A DNA stretch of 64,000 nucleotides, taken from NCBI RefSeq assembly GCF_009914755.1, contig NC_060947.1, one strand, 5' to 3'. Positions 14,291-30,713 of the stretch are shown piece after piece. The notes under the pieces are model-generated. The model was not told where the DNA came from. It worked only from the letters and a program-made list of their open reading frames with translations, and searched no databases. The DNA comes from the human T2T-CHM13v2.0 reference genome, Homo sapiens. The number at the start of each line of letters is the position of its first letter. Within the stretch, counting starts at the first letter, position 1. Made by a program: the position numbers and the translations under genes.

Positions 14291-17200
14291 GCTAATAAGA
14301 CAAGACATCTGTCCTTATGGACTGTCAGTGTAGTTGAGAATAGAGGATCATACGCTATTTGGTATCATATGAAGCCAGATGTCCTATTTCCAATAATAGA
14401 GGTTTTTTAAAAAGTACTAAATGGGTATAAGAAAGATTAAGTTTCATTGGTTGACTCTCCAAATCGATTTCAGTAGCAACCATATTCCTTGCACGGACTA
14501 TCAAACTGTGGTACCTGCTGCAGAGGGATTCTACTGATATTAACTTATGTTGGTGTTAAGGATTAGTCAAAGTTGTTGTGAACATGACAAAATACTAAAA
14601 GCACTTAGCACAGTTGATGGGATACACCAGTAATTTTATAGATGTTGCCCATTTGTATATTCTTGTCAAGAACCAATTTTGTAAGGCAGAGCTTACAAAA
14701 GACTGTTCCTTGCTGAGAAGGCTGACAGATTCCTGGTAATTGATGCCGATGTGTGTTGAACCATAATTATGAACTATAATTAGTACTATCCTCCATAGAT
14801 TAGAATGGTCTTTATGGAAATCCTTTTTTCAATTAAGTACTGTTTATGGCTTATGCCAATACATTCAGTATTAAGTCAGAACTCTTCCCTGATGAAAGCA
14901 TGATGAATCTTGCAATGACCTTTATAAACTTAATAAAATAACATTAATTTTAAAATCTTGTATCCAACTCAATTATATACTGGTGTATTGAGGATCTGTT
15001 CTCTATAACTGAGGTGAATAATACGAGAAAATCAAATAATATTGACCAGTTGACATGAAAAAATACTTATTTTGGAATTGGCTGTATTGATATTATATTC
15101 TCTGAAATGCGCATATATTTCACCATGTCTCAAATAATAGATTGTATATCGTTAAGAAACATTTGTCATTCAAGCAAAAAATGAGTTTCATGTATTTGCA
15201 ATCTAATATATATAGGTATATGTATATATTTGTGTTTGCACTGATCAAACAAGGTTAAATGTGGCTTTCTTGCCTATTTATATAACTAATTGTGATGTAC
15301 ATTAATTGAGGTAATGATTTAATAATTATAAAAATTAAATAAATAAGCACTACGTATATAATGTAATAAACAGAAATCAACCTTATCACTTACTTTTCTT
15401 TTAAGTGTATTGGGCTATTGTTCCTCATGTTCCATGAAACCTAGTCCGCATTTTATAACCCTCGGAGTCACTTTCAGGAGAAAAAAGAAAAGCCCTCCTC
15501 TCAGTGATTAATGTGGCCTGTAATAATCAAAACTCTGTACTTATTTTAAAGCAGTGGTTTCCTTCTTCATTTCCCCCCACCTCCCCATCAGTCTGGCCCA
15601 GCAGCAAGCTAAAAGCCCAGTCAGAAAAGGAGATATTATTTGATTTCTTCTTTCTTTCCCTGCCATGTACTTTGACACCTTTTGCTGTATCTTTCAAACC
15701 AGGTTTTGGATTCCTTATGATTAGAGTGTGGGGAGGGAAAAGAAATAAAGGGGGCAGCAGAGTGTTAACTTAACTGGCATTGTGGTAATAGTCCACAGGG
15801 CGCTTCAGAGGTAGCACCGACCTCCCCCATGGAGAAACCTTCTGCCTGTGGTTTCTTTCACTGGATAAAAGTACCTCCATTTCAGCTTACTACAGTCTCC
15901 GCCCTCATCCCCAGGCATTTAGAAGCTCTTTTCACATCCTTCTGCTGAGGCATGTGGCCCTTACAGAGATTTATCTTGGTCAGGGTCTAAGATGCGACTA
16001 CCCCAGCTCCTTGTCGCACGTGGCCCACCTCTGTTCCATTCATGCTCCAACAAAATTTGAGACCAACTCCAATGCAAGAGCAAACTCTCCTTTGCTATGG
16101 AACTCCCCAGCTAGCCAGTCTACTCAGCTATGTATCAGGCAGCAGTCTATTCTTTCGTTCTCCACAAACCGAAGGGTGAAGGTTTTCTCTTGACTCAGAG
16201 TGAAGGGGAAAGTATTCCCCACCCCTCCAAAGGGGACACGACTCGCAGGCATATGGACAGTTGACTCCAAAAGCTGTTTCAACTTCTTACCCCTTTATGC
16301 CCTTGTGTGTGGGTAGTCAAGAGCCATGGCAGATAGAAGGTGTCTTGTTCTTCAACTGAAACTTAAATTTTAAATTGCATTACATAATTTTTCAGTATTT
16401 CTCTATTATCTTTACAAAAGAACATATACTTACTGAAAACAAGGTATCTGGCATCCCTAGTGTGCATTTTGGTGGCCCCAAAATTTCTTTGCAGTGAACA
16501 CATTTAATAGATGGAGTGATTATTTAACAGGGAAGCATTTATTTGAACTCTTAACTGTTTAATATAACCAACTAGTTTATTTCTTTTACATTGTAATGCA
16601 CTAAAAGTAACTATAAACTAGAAAACCAAATCTATATCATTGAGGAACAATTCTATTCTCAACATTGAATGCCATTTTAAGATTAATGGTTTTGGCTTAT
16701 AATAAGAACTAAATATAATTTTAAAAAGCTATTTTCCTATTTATCCATTTATGATATCTTCCAAATAAAATGTGATTCCACTAAAATTATTGATGATATT
16801 ACCATAAATTCCTAATATAAAACAGACAAAAAATATATGTAGCAATCTATTTTCTTTGACTGTTGTCATAAAAACTATTGGATATGTGGCGTGTGTGAAT
16901 ATATTATGGTTATGTTCAGAACTTATTATCTAACTTTTTCTCATGAGGAAAAATGATTAGGAAGTATGTTAGTACTAACCATTAACTAGAACAGTTAATA
17001 TGTTAAATGTTCATAATATTAACAATAGCGTTTTAAGCACATACCTTAAAGAACAGTTTAGATATTAGCCAAAGAATAGTATTATTATTATTATTGGTTG
17101 AGTGTTCTATATTTACATTATAGGATTTTTATTAGATAGCATGCTTATAAACATTCTTCATATAAAATATAGCTAAAAGTTGAGTGATTGAAGATAACTT

Positions 17201-17699
17201 TATTGTTTTTTAGTTTATAATTTACTTTGCTATAATAATCTTTCCCATATGAATATCATATTGATTATCAGATTTTCCACTTTGAATTTTGTATTTGTTT
17301 TTTCAAATTGTCAATGTTGTTAATATTGACAAGTAGAAATAGGTAAATTGAACAACCAAGCTACATTAGTATTTCCTACTAATTTTTTAAATTGCTAGTG
17401 ATTAAATTAAATGTCTTATATAACACAAATTCTCAGAATTCCCATATTACCATCTTCTAAAATAAAGTTTTCTGTTTTTTAATTTATAATATTCATCAAT
17501 AGAAACTGCATCAGAAAATAGCCCATATATTAACTCTTGCATTTAAGATTTTGGCAGAATAAAAGATAAATAGCCTTTTAGGAAAAAATGTACCCTATTT
17601 CTCCCCCAATACATCGTAGATCTAGGGTAAAACTACTCTTTTATAGAAAGGCAAATCAATTGAAATATAGAATTATTCTATAGATATAGTGTAGTAAAA

Positions 17700-18050
17700 G
17701 ATTAGGGCAGGTTGGAGGCGGGTGTCATGATAAAAATGTAGAACAAGGGAGTAATTTTATGATGATGAAATGAAACAGCCTATATCTTGGTTGTCATAGT
17801 GGTTCCACAAAATGATACATATAATAAAATTGTAAAGAATTAATACACACATAGGCAAATAAATTCCAATAAAAACTGGCAAAATCTAAAATACTATATG
17901 TAGATTGTACCAATGTCAATTTCCTAGTTTTGATATTGTACTAGGGTTACATGTTACTTATGGAGTAAACTGGATAAAGAGGACAGGAGACTTCTCTGTA
18001 TTATTTTTGCAACTTCTTGATCTATATTTATTTCAAGTTAAACGTTGAGG
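17700..18050 (+). mobile_element. Old L1M (MC/ME-type) 3' remnant
   Basis: 'gattgtaccaatgtcaatttcctagttttgatattgtacta...ggagtaaactggataaagaggaca...ctctgtattatttttgcaactt'. Confidence 0.7.
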
Positions 18051-19239
18051 AAAGATAACCTCTTGAATGTTTTAGAGTTTCTTCCATTTAACCAAAGTTG
18101 TGAATTGTTTTTCCTCAAGAGACCTGTTTTTCACAGTAAGGTTGCTTAAAATTAGAGAATGGCCTAGGAAATTAGGTATATCATTAATATCAAATATACT
18201 TAAGTAAATTAAAAGAGCATTTAAAAATCATTGGACTGAAATACTTTGAATCAAATTCTGAAAGAGAAACATTACCATATATAAATTAGGCAAAGATTAT
18301 TATGATTATTTAACAAATAAATTTAGCCATGTAAATGCTTTGTTTTTTTCTCATGAACATCATTTATATTCATGGCATTGTTAGTAAAAGCTAGTACCTC
18401 TGTTTTTATAGATTTTCATTTTTTTAAAACATTAACACAAAAATGATTTATACAGTGTATTAAAAGATCAGTCCTCTATTGCACTGTTAGCAAGGGCTAT
18501 CTAAAGCAAATAGGACCTTGAGATCTAAATGTATTGCTGCATTCATGTGTAGATATCTAATGTGTACCCACCATGTGCTAGACAGTATTACAGAAGCTGT
18601 GGTGTAGCATTTGGGGAGAAAAAGAAAACAAACCCCTTTTCCTCAAAGACTTTTCTTTCTGTTCTGGGGAGATGGAAAAACAAATACATGTGTTTCAGGT
18701 AAAAATATTTAAAACGAGATTTGGTCTATAAAAAGTTGTTTAAAAGACACTGGTATTTAATAAAGACGAAGGAATTACTTGGGTATGAAATGGTAATTAT
18801 ATTTATTAATAGAGCCCACAAATGTAGTATTAGCATCATACTCAGCATTTAGAGAATTCTCAGGAGTGGAGTCGATGCATATCTTTTTTCTCACATGCCC
18901 CACAGTTCCTTTACCAGAGGAAATGTTCCCTATATATAATTTGAATGCATTGTCATTACTTTTTTTTTTTAACACTGCTCCCCTTGAAGTGGGTCTTCCA
19001 GTATTGGAGATCAAGTTCCACAGTCACCTCAGTTTATAGGTGAGAAAACCTATTTGAAGTTAACTCGCCCCAACCCATTTAATCAGCAAATGGCAAAGAT
19101 GAATTTCAGTTCTGGTCCTCTGACTCCAAGTCCAGAACACTTTCAGGGTAGGAAGAATTATCTCAGAATATCTTTTCAAATAGATCTAGCACAACACTCT
19201 CAACTTCATTTTCCCAGAGTCTTATATATTGATATGCTT

Positions 19240-19540
19240 TTCACAGATATTTACTGAGTACTCTGTATGTACATGGTTTCTAGGTGCTGGGGGTGAGAAG
19301 AGATATAGTGAAGAATGAGACCTAGGTTCTGACGTCAGTCCTAAACTGTGAAGTAGAAACTCTGTGTGTGCACAAATGATTACAGTATTAATACAAGGGA
19401 GAAAGTGGATCATGCCATGAGGGAGGCATAGATAAAGTGCTATGGAAGACCACAGAAAGATCAACTGCTTCTATTTCCAGACACCCAGGAAGGTTTCCCA
19501 AAGGAAGTGGCTTTTGTTTTAGGCTTTGAATTGGGAGGAT
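19240..19540 (-). mobile_element. L2 3' remnant
   Basis: 'agatatttactgagtactctgtatg...taggtgctgggg...aagtgctatggaa...ggaaggtttcc'. Confidence 0.6.
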
Positions 19541-19557
19541 TGTGGCAATGGAACTGA

Positions 19558-19954
<397 letters not shown>

Positions 19955-21794
19955 TAACTTCTTAACCTAAATCCCTGAACCTTCCAATTTCTGTAGAAAT
20001 TTACACTCTGAAGCAGTTAGGTGGATTCCTAAATTTCCTAGATAGTAATATGTCTAAACAAATTTTCTTCGGTAATACTTGACAATACTACCCCATTATC
20101 AAAATAACTTGAAGTTAGCTGCCAAAAAGTCCAGATTTATGCCAGGCTGTCACCATGATGATTTTAAATTTCTGCATTAGTAGATATTAAACATTTCCAA
20201 AAGTGCTTAAATTTCCATCCACTAATTTTTTTGTCATAAAATAGAGATTGCAGATGTATTTTGTACTTTGAAGAATATTAAGGGCTGAATAAGGTGGAAG
20301 CACTTACAACTAATGAGCCTGCACATCTTGAGTGAGCTACCTAGAGAATGTTTCTCCTTAGCAATAAAGAACGACAACTGCTTTGTTCTAGCTCAGTAAT
20401 AACAATAATATCGTAGTATGTCCTTTGGGAAACTAACTGAAATATAAGTTCAGATAAGTTCACATCCTTGTAAAGCAATGATATTTTGCTATGTTGCTTT
20501 CCTACTTAAAGCTGCCATGGATAATGCACAATTAAGTCAACACATCTAGGCTTACCAAAAATAAATTCCGAGATTGTATTTGGTCTTATCCATACAAATG
20601 CTTTTGGTTTATGGGCCTGACAATGGAGGAGATTGGAGGTCAGAATAATCTCATAACAGTTACTGGTTGAAGGCCTCTTGTTAACCCATCATTATTGCTT
20701 TGTTCCTATGACCTGGCATCAGACTTACCCTTCTAATCAGCAGTGCAGACCTCCCCCACCACCCCTCCTCCCATTTTAACTAGAACTCTGCAGGGAACCT
20801 CACACTTGCTTGACTGAGCCATAACTCATTGTTTAGGTCTGGCCAGTTTTTTCTCTTGGGGGCAGTAAGTTCCTATATCTTAACTGCCAACTCCTGTAAA
20901 GGGTAATTCTCCATGATGCTGCATGGTATTACACTATACTATATAATATAATACTATACTATTATATTAATATAATGGGAAGCAATAATATTGCATCCTG
21001 CCTTACCTTCTATCTAGTGTATATTTTCCTAATCATAGGAGCTGGCTTTTGGATAGCGATGCCAGTCCTGCTCAAACCCAACTTCATCTTTTTCTTTTAG
21101 ATACGATTTTAGGATTCTTAGAGGTTAGAGCCACATACTTTCCTTATTCTGTGTCCCTTCAGTCTTGTTGGCCCTTTAGGTTACATCTATAAAGCCTAAA
21201 TATATGCGTTTTAAGTTTTAATTATTCACTGTGAGTTTTTGTTTAACTGAATTATTTAATTTACTTATATACAAGTTGAACAAAAAATTAAGTAGAATCT
21301 GAAAGTTATCATTCTTGCTTTCTACTTAGAAATATAGAAATCATTTCCAAAGAAACAACTGCTTTATTGTAACCAAGGCTTGATTTAGAAAAAAACAATC
21401 CATGTTTTTTAAATGTCTGATGTCTGTTTGGAGAATTATCTCAGGCTCTCTGGGGGGAAAAAAGAATTAGTGTATTTGATTCATACTGCCCATCTCTAAA
21501 CCCAATTGACAGCCCCACTTTAATGAAAATGCAGCCTGACTTTCCTGAGTGAATCACTATCTGATTATACAAATGGCCCACAAATTTCTCTGCATTCTCT
21601 ATGCCTATACTTCCTTCATTCTTGGCAGTAAATTTTAGAAAGGTTGCTGATTTTTTATATACATCCTATATTATAGGGCATGTGAGTGACATTCTAATTT
21701 TTTAAAGTAGGCAATTTAGACTGTTATTTAAATTATAAGTTTACTGGGTATCAGCATTATATTTTCTTAGTTCTTTAAGGAGGTATTTCAGTGA

Positions 21795-22098
<304 letters not shown>

Positions 22099-22372
22099 TC
22101 TTCTACCCATTTTATTTTGGCCATCATTGTACAATATTTTGATCCTTGAGTTGGATAAAAATAGAAGACATGCTTTTCAAATATATGGATTATGCAAATT
22201 AAAGTAACAGAATAGAGATTTATGAACCACTCTCAGGCTAGAAGGAAGTGACAATTTAATAAGAGAACATTTAATAAGGATACACACAGAATCCTGTTCT
22301 TGGTCACAGTAGTGCACTGCAGAAATAAAGAACAAGGAAGATGCCGCTAGATTTGGCAAAAAAGATTTTAGG

Positions 22373-22683
22373 TTTTTTTTTTCTTTTTTTCTTTTTCTTT
22401 TTTTGAGATGGAGTCTTACTCTGTCACCCAGACTGGAATGCAGTGGCATGATCTCGGCTCACTGCAGTCACCGCCTCCCAGGTTCAAGCAATTCTCTGCC
22501 TCAGGCTCCCGAGTAGCTGGGATTACAGGTGTCCGCCACGACACCCACCTAATGTTTGTATTTTTAGTAGACACGGAGTTTCACCATGTTGGCCAGGCTG
22601 GTCTCGAACTCCTGACCTCATGATCCACCCACCTCTGCCTCCCAAAGTGCTGGGATTACAGATGTAAGCCACTGCGCCCAGCC
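22373..22683 (-). mobile_element. Alu (AluSg-like)
   Basis: Full dimer; TSD core agattttag. Confidence 0.97.
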
Positions 22684-22797
22684 AGATTTTAGAGTTTTCA
22701 TGCATTGGTAAGCTCAGCATAAGTTGACAGTTTGATGTGACTATTAAGCAGGCAATGGCAATTGTTGGCCACTTTAATATAAATATATTCCCTGGGT

Positions 22798-22967
22798 CAG
22801 TATTTCTCAGAGTGGCTTATTGCATCAAAATTACCTGGAGAAATTGTAAAGTATAGAATGCAAGACCCAACAAGTTATCCACTGAAACGAAATCTCTTGG
22901 TGTGGGATCTGTATTTTTAAAAAAACTTTCAGGCAGTTTTTATGCAAATTAAACTTTAATAACCATT
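22798..22967. mobile_element. MER5-like hAT fossil
   Basis: 'cagtatttctcagagtgg...gcatcaaaattacctggag...gaaatctct...ggatctgtattttta...aaccatt'. Confidence 0.6.
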
Positions 22968-23541
22968 AAAATGGACTAAGGGCAATTTTGATGCTATTCT
23001 GTTTTATCCTGTTTTATCACTGCAGGATAGTTGCGTTTTACTCTCTTGCTTATACTTTAAGAAGGGTGTGAAATTTTGGCTGCATTCGGGAAAAAAGCAA
23101 CTTTACAAAAATGGGGAACTAATTCATGTCCATGAGTAATGCATGGAGAAAATGGAACTTTTACATATTTAGGATATAATTGAACAATTAAATAAATTAT
23201 GGTGGTTAATTTGACTGTTATTCATGAATATCTGATAAATATCCACTACCATAAAGAGATTGTTGTGAATATCAGATAGTAACATGAGAAAATGTTTGTA
23301 TAAATAACGTTACACAAATATTTTGATTACAAGTGTCTAAAAAGAAGATGCACATTAAATAACACCAGAAAAAATACACCAAAATGATAAGTGGTTTTCT
23401 TTGAATGATACTATAATCACTTTTTTTTTTGCAAAATAGTCTCTGTTTATGAATATGCTCTTATATACTTAAATTAATTTTCAAAGTTAATAAAAACTAT
23501 GATATTGTTAATTACCTCAAATAATAAAGTATACTGTAGAT

Positions 23542-23873
23542 GAGCAGTTCCCAGTCTTTTTGGCACCGGGGACTGGTTTCATGGAAGACAGTTTTTGCGC
23601 AGATTAGGGGGCGGTGCAGCTGATTTCGGGGTGAAACTGTTCCACCTCAGATCATCAGGCATTACTAAGATTCTCATAAGGAGCACATAACCTAGATCCC
23701 TCGCATGCGCAGTTCACAATAGGTTTGCTCTCCTATGAGAATCTAATGCTGCTGCTGATGTGACAGGAGGCGGAGCTCAGGTGGTAATTCTTGCTAGCCT
23801 CCTGCTGTGCGGCCTGGTTACTAACAGGCCACGGACTGGCCCTGGTCTGCGGCCTTGGGGTTGGGGACCTCTG
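23542..23873. mobile_element. MER1B-like hAT-Charlie MITE
   Basis: 'ctttttggcacc...gaaactgttccacctcagatcatcaggcatta...ggggttggggacctctg'; 8-bp TSD ctgtagat/ttctagat. Confidence 0.9.
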
Positions 23874-24900
23874 TTCTAGATGATAAAACATTATTTTTTT
23901 CTAATACAGGCAAATATAAAGAATAATGGTATGAAACGAATGGAAGTAAATTCTGACTGGATTTAGGAAAAAATTTTTTCTGGGTCTCAATAGGATGTGA
24001 TAAAATTCACTTATTTAATCATATGTACCAAGTTCTACTTTTTAAATTTTGTTGAAGCAAATGCAATTTATACTTTTTTTACACCATATTCATTAAGTAC
24101 CTACTGTTTGTTCAGGATATACCCATGGCTGTTTTGCTATACTGATGGAAGTTTATAAGGCTATGTATTAAATAAATAATGTTCTGGTTTTTAAGTTGTG
24201 TATTTAGAACATAGGCCTGAAAGCAAATGCTTGTGTAAAAAGAAAAAAAAAAATCCAACAGTCAAAAAGTCAGGTCTATGTTATAAGAAATACAGCATTC
24301 CTGGAAAATTGCAGTGCTTTACATTGCCCAGATGTTATCATCGCTGTTGGGTTCCTTGGCAGAGTCATTCAGAGGCTCTGCATAGCTAATACTATCATGG
24401 TTCTCTGTGGCACAGCCCCCCCTTGATTGCATTTAGTATCTTCTTCCTCCAGCTTGGGGCTTAGCAGTTTCTACTCAAAAAAGTGACACAGCAATAAAAT
24501 TTGAAACCATAGAATGATCACTCATCCTAGTGATGTGTTATTTGGCATCTTTGAATATATGACTATTGCAAATAGTTCATTTCAAATTTTAGCAGATTGT
24601 TTTTTCTCAATTCAAAATCACATTGAAAGGGGGAGAGAAAACTGCCACAGTGGAACGTTTGCAGGTACTCCATTTCTTCCCAATAAAATAATGTTTTATC
24701 ATAAATTCAGCATGTGTTAAGATTGACATATTTATAGCATATCTGGGCAGGATATAGCAACTAGAGCTGTAATGATTGCTTTCTCTACTATAAAAACTAT
24801 GACGCTCATATTAATACTTAAGACATATTTATATTATTAAGCTCACATTAATATTACCATAAAATATGACAGTTTACAGGCCATGTATTACTACACGGGA

Positions 24901-25120
24901 TTTTTCTTTTCTTTTTTTTCTTAACTTTTATTTTAAGTTCAGGGGTATATGTACAGGTTTGTTACATGGGTAAACTTGTGTCATGGGGGTGTGTTGTACA
25001 GATTATTTCATTACCCAGGTATTAAGCCCAGTACCCAGTAGTTATTTTTCCTGATCCTCTCTCTCCTGCCACCCTCCACCCTCTGATAGGCTCCAGTGTG
25101 TGTTGTTCCCCTCCATGTGT
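24901..25120 (-). mobile_element. L1PA/PB 3'-end fragment
   Basis: 'aacttttattttaagttcaggggta...gtacagattatttcattacccagg'; degenerate TSD tacacgggattttt / tacgtgggaattttt. Confidence 0.9.
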
Positions 25121-25784
25121 TACGTGGGAATTTTTCATTCACTCTTTTACTCACTTCATGATTTTTGGTATTTGATTAGGAGCAAGAAAAACAAGGAAAA
25201 ATAGATACAGTGTCTCTTTCCATCTGACATTTTCCAATGCCTAGAGTCTATAATTCTATCTTTCATCCTATTTGATATCATAATCCAGAATATTATTTAC
25301 CAATTTTATGTCTTATTAACTACAAGTATATTTAGCCAAATATTTGCATAGTTATTTCAAGTACATTTATATTTATTATTTTATATTTTTCATTGCCTAT
25401 TTTGAAATTATATTTTTTAAATTTCTAAAATAAAATTAATTTTGATAACTGTAATTTTTACATTGGTAACTTTTGTGCATTTTGTCAGTTTTTATAGTCA
25501 TTGTAACACATTTAAAAAAAAATATGACGTTGTCTCTGTTTTTTAACTAAAGGCAATTTACATTACCATTAACAAGGATTTGTATATTTTTAAGTCATAA
25601 TATAAAGAGTCCCTTCCAGAGAGTCCTCCATTCCAGTAACATACTTAGGAAATAAATAATGCATATGCAAAAGACATAGAACCATTGTCAAGATAGCACT
25701 TTCCGTTTTCTTTCTTTATTGGGCAGACCTATACACAGTTCAATTTGCATTAAACTATTTTGACTTTAGTATAATCATTATTGA

Positions 25785-26085
25785 TTTTTTTTTTTTTTTG
25801 AGATGGAGTTTCACTCTTGTTGCCTGGGCTAGAGTGCAATGGCACACTCTCGGCTCGCGGCAACCTCCGCCTCGCAGGTTCAAGCGATTCTCCTGCCTCA
25901 GCCTCCCGAGTAGCTGGGATTAACAGGCATGCGCCACCACGCCTGGCTAATTTTTTTGTATTTTTAGTAGAGACGGGATTTCTCCATGTTGGTCAGGCTG
26001 GTTGCGAACTCCTGACCTCAGGTGATCCACCAGCCTCGGCCTCCCAAAGTGCTGGGATTACAGGCGTGAGCCACCAAGCCCGACC
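25785..26085 (-). mobile_element. Alu (AluSp-like)
   Basis: Full dimer; TSD tattgattt. Confidence 0.97.
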
Positions 26086-26191
26086 TATTGATTTCTTTTT
26101 AATGAAGTTTCTAGGTTTAAATATGATTAAGTTTCCCTACCACTGTAAAAGAAAAGTTTTGCATCAGACACTTGATACAATTGGCAAGACA

Positions 26192-27116
26192 TATGCAAAC
26201 TATGCAACCGACAAAGGTCTAATATCCAGCATCTATAGGGAACTAAAACAAGTTTACAAGAATTGAACAATCCTATAAAAAAGTGGGCAAAGGACATGAA
26301 CAGAAACTTTTCAATAGAAGACAGACATACAGCCAACAATCATGAAAAAAAGCTCAACATCACTGATCATTAGGGGAATGCAAATCAAAATCACAATGAG
26401 ATACCATCTCACATCAGTCAGAATGGCTATTATCAAAAATTTAAAAATAACAGATTCTGGCAAGGTTATGGAGGAAAGGGAATGCTTATCCACTGCTACT
26501 GGGAATGTAAATTACTTAAGCCATTCTGGAAAGTAGTTTGGCTGTTTCTCAAAGAACTCAAAGCAGAATTATCATTTACCTAGCAGTCCCATTACTGAGT
26601 ATATACCCAGAGGAATATAAATCATTCTATCATAAAGAAACACACATGCGTATGTTCACCACAGCATTATTCATAATAGCAAAGTCATGGAATCAACCTA
26701 CATGCCCATCAATGGTAGACTGGATAAAGAAACTGTGGTACATATACACCATGGAATATTATGCTGCCATAAAAAAGAATGAAATCATGTCCTTTCCAGC
26801 AACATGGATGGAGCTGGAGGCCATTATCCTAAGTGAACTAACACAGGAACAGAAAACCAAATACTATGTGTTCTGACCTATAAGTGGGAACCAAACATTC
26901 AGTACATGTGGAAAGAAAGAAGGGGACAACGGATGCCAAGGCCTACTTGAAGGTGGAGGGTGGGAGTAGGATGAAGGTTGAAAAACTACCTTATTGGGTA
27001 TTGTGCTTATCTGGGTGGTGAAATAATCTGTACATCAAACCCCCATGACATGCAATTTACCTATATAACAAACCTGCACATCCACCCCTGAAGCTAGAAT
27101 AAAAGATAAAACAAAA
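26192..27116 (+). mobile_element. L1PB/old L1PA 3' fragment (~0.9 kb)
   Basis: ORF2 C-terminal peptides ('WYIYTMEYYAAIKKNEIMSF'), 3'UTR and A-tail; 13-bp TSD aattggcaagaca / aattgtcaagaca. Confidence 0.95.
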
Positions 27117-27547
27117 AATTGTCAAGACAGACTACTACAACAGGGGAGAAAGATTTTAGTACAGAACTGAGATCTGTACTAGGTGAGAGGATTTTTAAAT
27201 GCTGAAGTATAGTAACAGAAAAGTACCGAATGGCACTGGGGAAGGAGGGAAATTTGTCCAATGTGATTGGACCATCTATATGTGGTCATTGCCCCATTTC
27301 AAAGTTAGGCTACTACCATCTCACAGAGACTGGAAGATAGGGCCCCTATCTTTATTTGTTTTTATTGATACACAATAGTTGTACACATATGTGGGGTACA
27401 TGTGATATTTTGATACATGTTTACAATGTGTAATAACCAAATCAGGGCAGTTGGGATAACCATCACCTCAAATGTTTATCTTTTTTTTGTGTTGTGAACA
27501 TTTCAATTCTTTCAAGCTGTTTTGAAATATACAAAAAAATTATTTTT

Positions 27548-27867
<320 letters not shown>

Positions 27868-28667
27868 TCAAACACTGGAATTTATTTTTTAACTGTATTT
27901 TTGTACCCATTAGTCAACTTCATTTCCTCCCCCTCTCTCTACCACCCTCCCAAGTCTCTGGCAGCAAACATTCTACTCTACCTCCATGAGATCCAAATTT
28001 AAGCTCCCACATATGAGTAAGAACATGTGAAATTGTTTGTCATTTTGCATCTTCCTGTTTCATTTAACATAATGACCTCCAAATATCCATGTTGATGCAA
28101 ATGACAATATTTTATGACTTTTATGACTGAATAGCATTCCATTGTGTATATACACCACATTTTCTTCACCCATTCACACATCATTTAGTCAACTGCCCGT
28201 TGATAGACACTTAGGTAGATTCCATATCTTGGCTATTGGGAATAGTGCTGCAAGAAACAGGAGTGAGAATATCTCTTCAATATACTAATCGCCTTTCTTT
28301 TGGATACATTCTCAGCAGTGGAATTGCTGGATCATATGGTAGTTCTATTTTTAGTTTTTCTGAATAAATTTCTTACAGTTCTCCACAGTGGCTGTACTAC
28401 TTTACATTCCCACCAACAGTGTACAAGAGTTCCCCTTTCCGCACATCCTTGCCACCATCCACTGTTTTTGTCTTTTTGATGATAGCCATTTTAACTGGGC
28501 TGAGATGACATCTCATGTGCTTTTGATTTGCATTTCCCTGATAATTAGTGATGCTGAGCATTTTTTCCATATACCTGTTGGCCATTTGTATGTCTTCTTT
28601 TAAGAAATGTCTATTCATCTATTCAGGTCTTTTGCTTATTTTTAATAGGATTATGTGTTCCTATACG

Positions 28668-28773
28668 CTCTTTGTCAAGTGATGTTATGTATTCATTTAA
28701 TACTCAACTATAATGATTAATAATAGTTGTAGTAATTATATTTTTCCTATAAGTAAAATAAAATTAGACGGAT
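28668..28773 (+). repeat. 106-bp dispersed duplicate, copy 1 (inserted copy)
   Basis: Identical to 30608-30713 except at 28688 and 28741. Confidence 0.97.
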
Positions 28774-29564
28774 ATATTGTATTCCTATACATAATCCTGT
28801 TATGAGTTCCCTATACATTGTGCTTATTAATCCCTTTGTCTTTTGCAAATATTTACTCCCATTTTGCAGCCTTTCTCTTCACTTTGTTGATTGTTTCCTT
28901 CTTGATGATTACACTTCAAAGGGATGGTTCCTAGGCCCTTGAGAAATTCATTCTTGGGTTGTAGAAGATTCATCTCAAACAGTCAGAGGATTTATAATTG
29001 CAAGGTTCCTAAACTAAATGCTCTAAGAAACGGAGGTTTGGGTTGGAACAAAGATTAAAATTTTTTGGTAGCATTGAACTTTTTCAGGAAGAAATTTAAG
29101 GGAACTGGTGTCAGCATCCTAGGGACTTGGCCCTGAGTTGTTAGAAACTATGCTATTATTTGTTCAAGTCTCTTATTATGGGGGGTAGACAAAATTGTTT
29201 GTACTGAAAATTGCAGTTCCCATAGACCAAGGTTGAGGCCTAGCCGAGGAGAGAGTTCAGAGGAGACTGACAAAAGTTGGTCAAGGAAAGAGTCTTTTTC
29301 ACTGACCCTTCACCTTAGGAAAATTGCCTGCAAGTAATGGCTTATATTAGTGAATGTAAATTTTGTAAATATTTTACTTTTCTATACTTATAGTTGCAAT
29401 TCAAACATTCGAATTAAAGAAACAAGTTGTGAATTTAGGCCATAATATTTGATTTTATACATTCTGTGAGATTCTCCCAAAACGCATGCCATCCCAGTGT
29501 AAGCCTGGTCATATATATATTGATGTTATATAGCATGTTATCAGCTACATTTTGCATAATCAGT

Positions 29565-30121
<557 letters not shown>

Positions 30122-30607
30122 GATATTAGTTTCTATAATTTGTATTAGATATTATTAGTACTGAATAAGTACTAGTGGAGAAAGTAATTACCTGATCTAT
30201 ATCATTAACTTATTTGAAAACTCTTGAAAATAAGAGATTTCAGTTTTTATTTGAATTTTCTTCTGTCATTTGCTCTGTATACTTGCTGTTCTTAGCCCAT
30301 TTTCCTTTATTTATTTTGTGTATGTATAGGATAATTAATTTAAAATGTGTCATATTTAAAAGAAAATAATTTTATCAGTTAAATGTTAATTCTGTTTTTT
30401 TTCAAGAACAAAGACATCTTTTCTTCTGATTCATAACTCGCCTGAGAGGGAGTAGACCTTTGAGTATGTATAACCTATATATAGTCTGGCTTATTTATTA
30501 ATAGAGGTTTATTTTAAATTATAATTGAACACAGAGTTTAGGAAGACAATTACATTTGAGATTGCTAATCTTGGGGTCAGAGAAACTTGATTGCATACAA
30601 TTCCAAA

Positions 30608-30713
30608 CTCTTTGTCAAGTGATGTTACGTATTCATTTAATACTCAACTATAATGATTAATAATAGTTGTAGTAATTATACTTTTCCTATAAGTAAAATA
30701 AAATTAGACGGAT
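30608..30713 (+). repeat. 106-bp dispersed duplicate, copy 2 (probable donor)
   Basis: Matches 28668-28773; lies in unique AT-rich sequence with no junction scar. Confidence 0.95.

Noticed and set aside
18775-19014. 79-aa minus-strand ORF that looks superficially protein-like
   Set aside because: No recognisable domain, it crosses a long homopolymer run, and it has no convincing splice signals.
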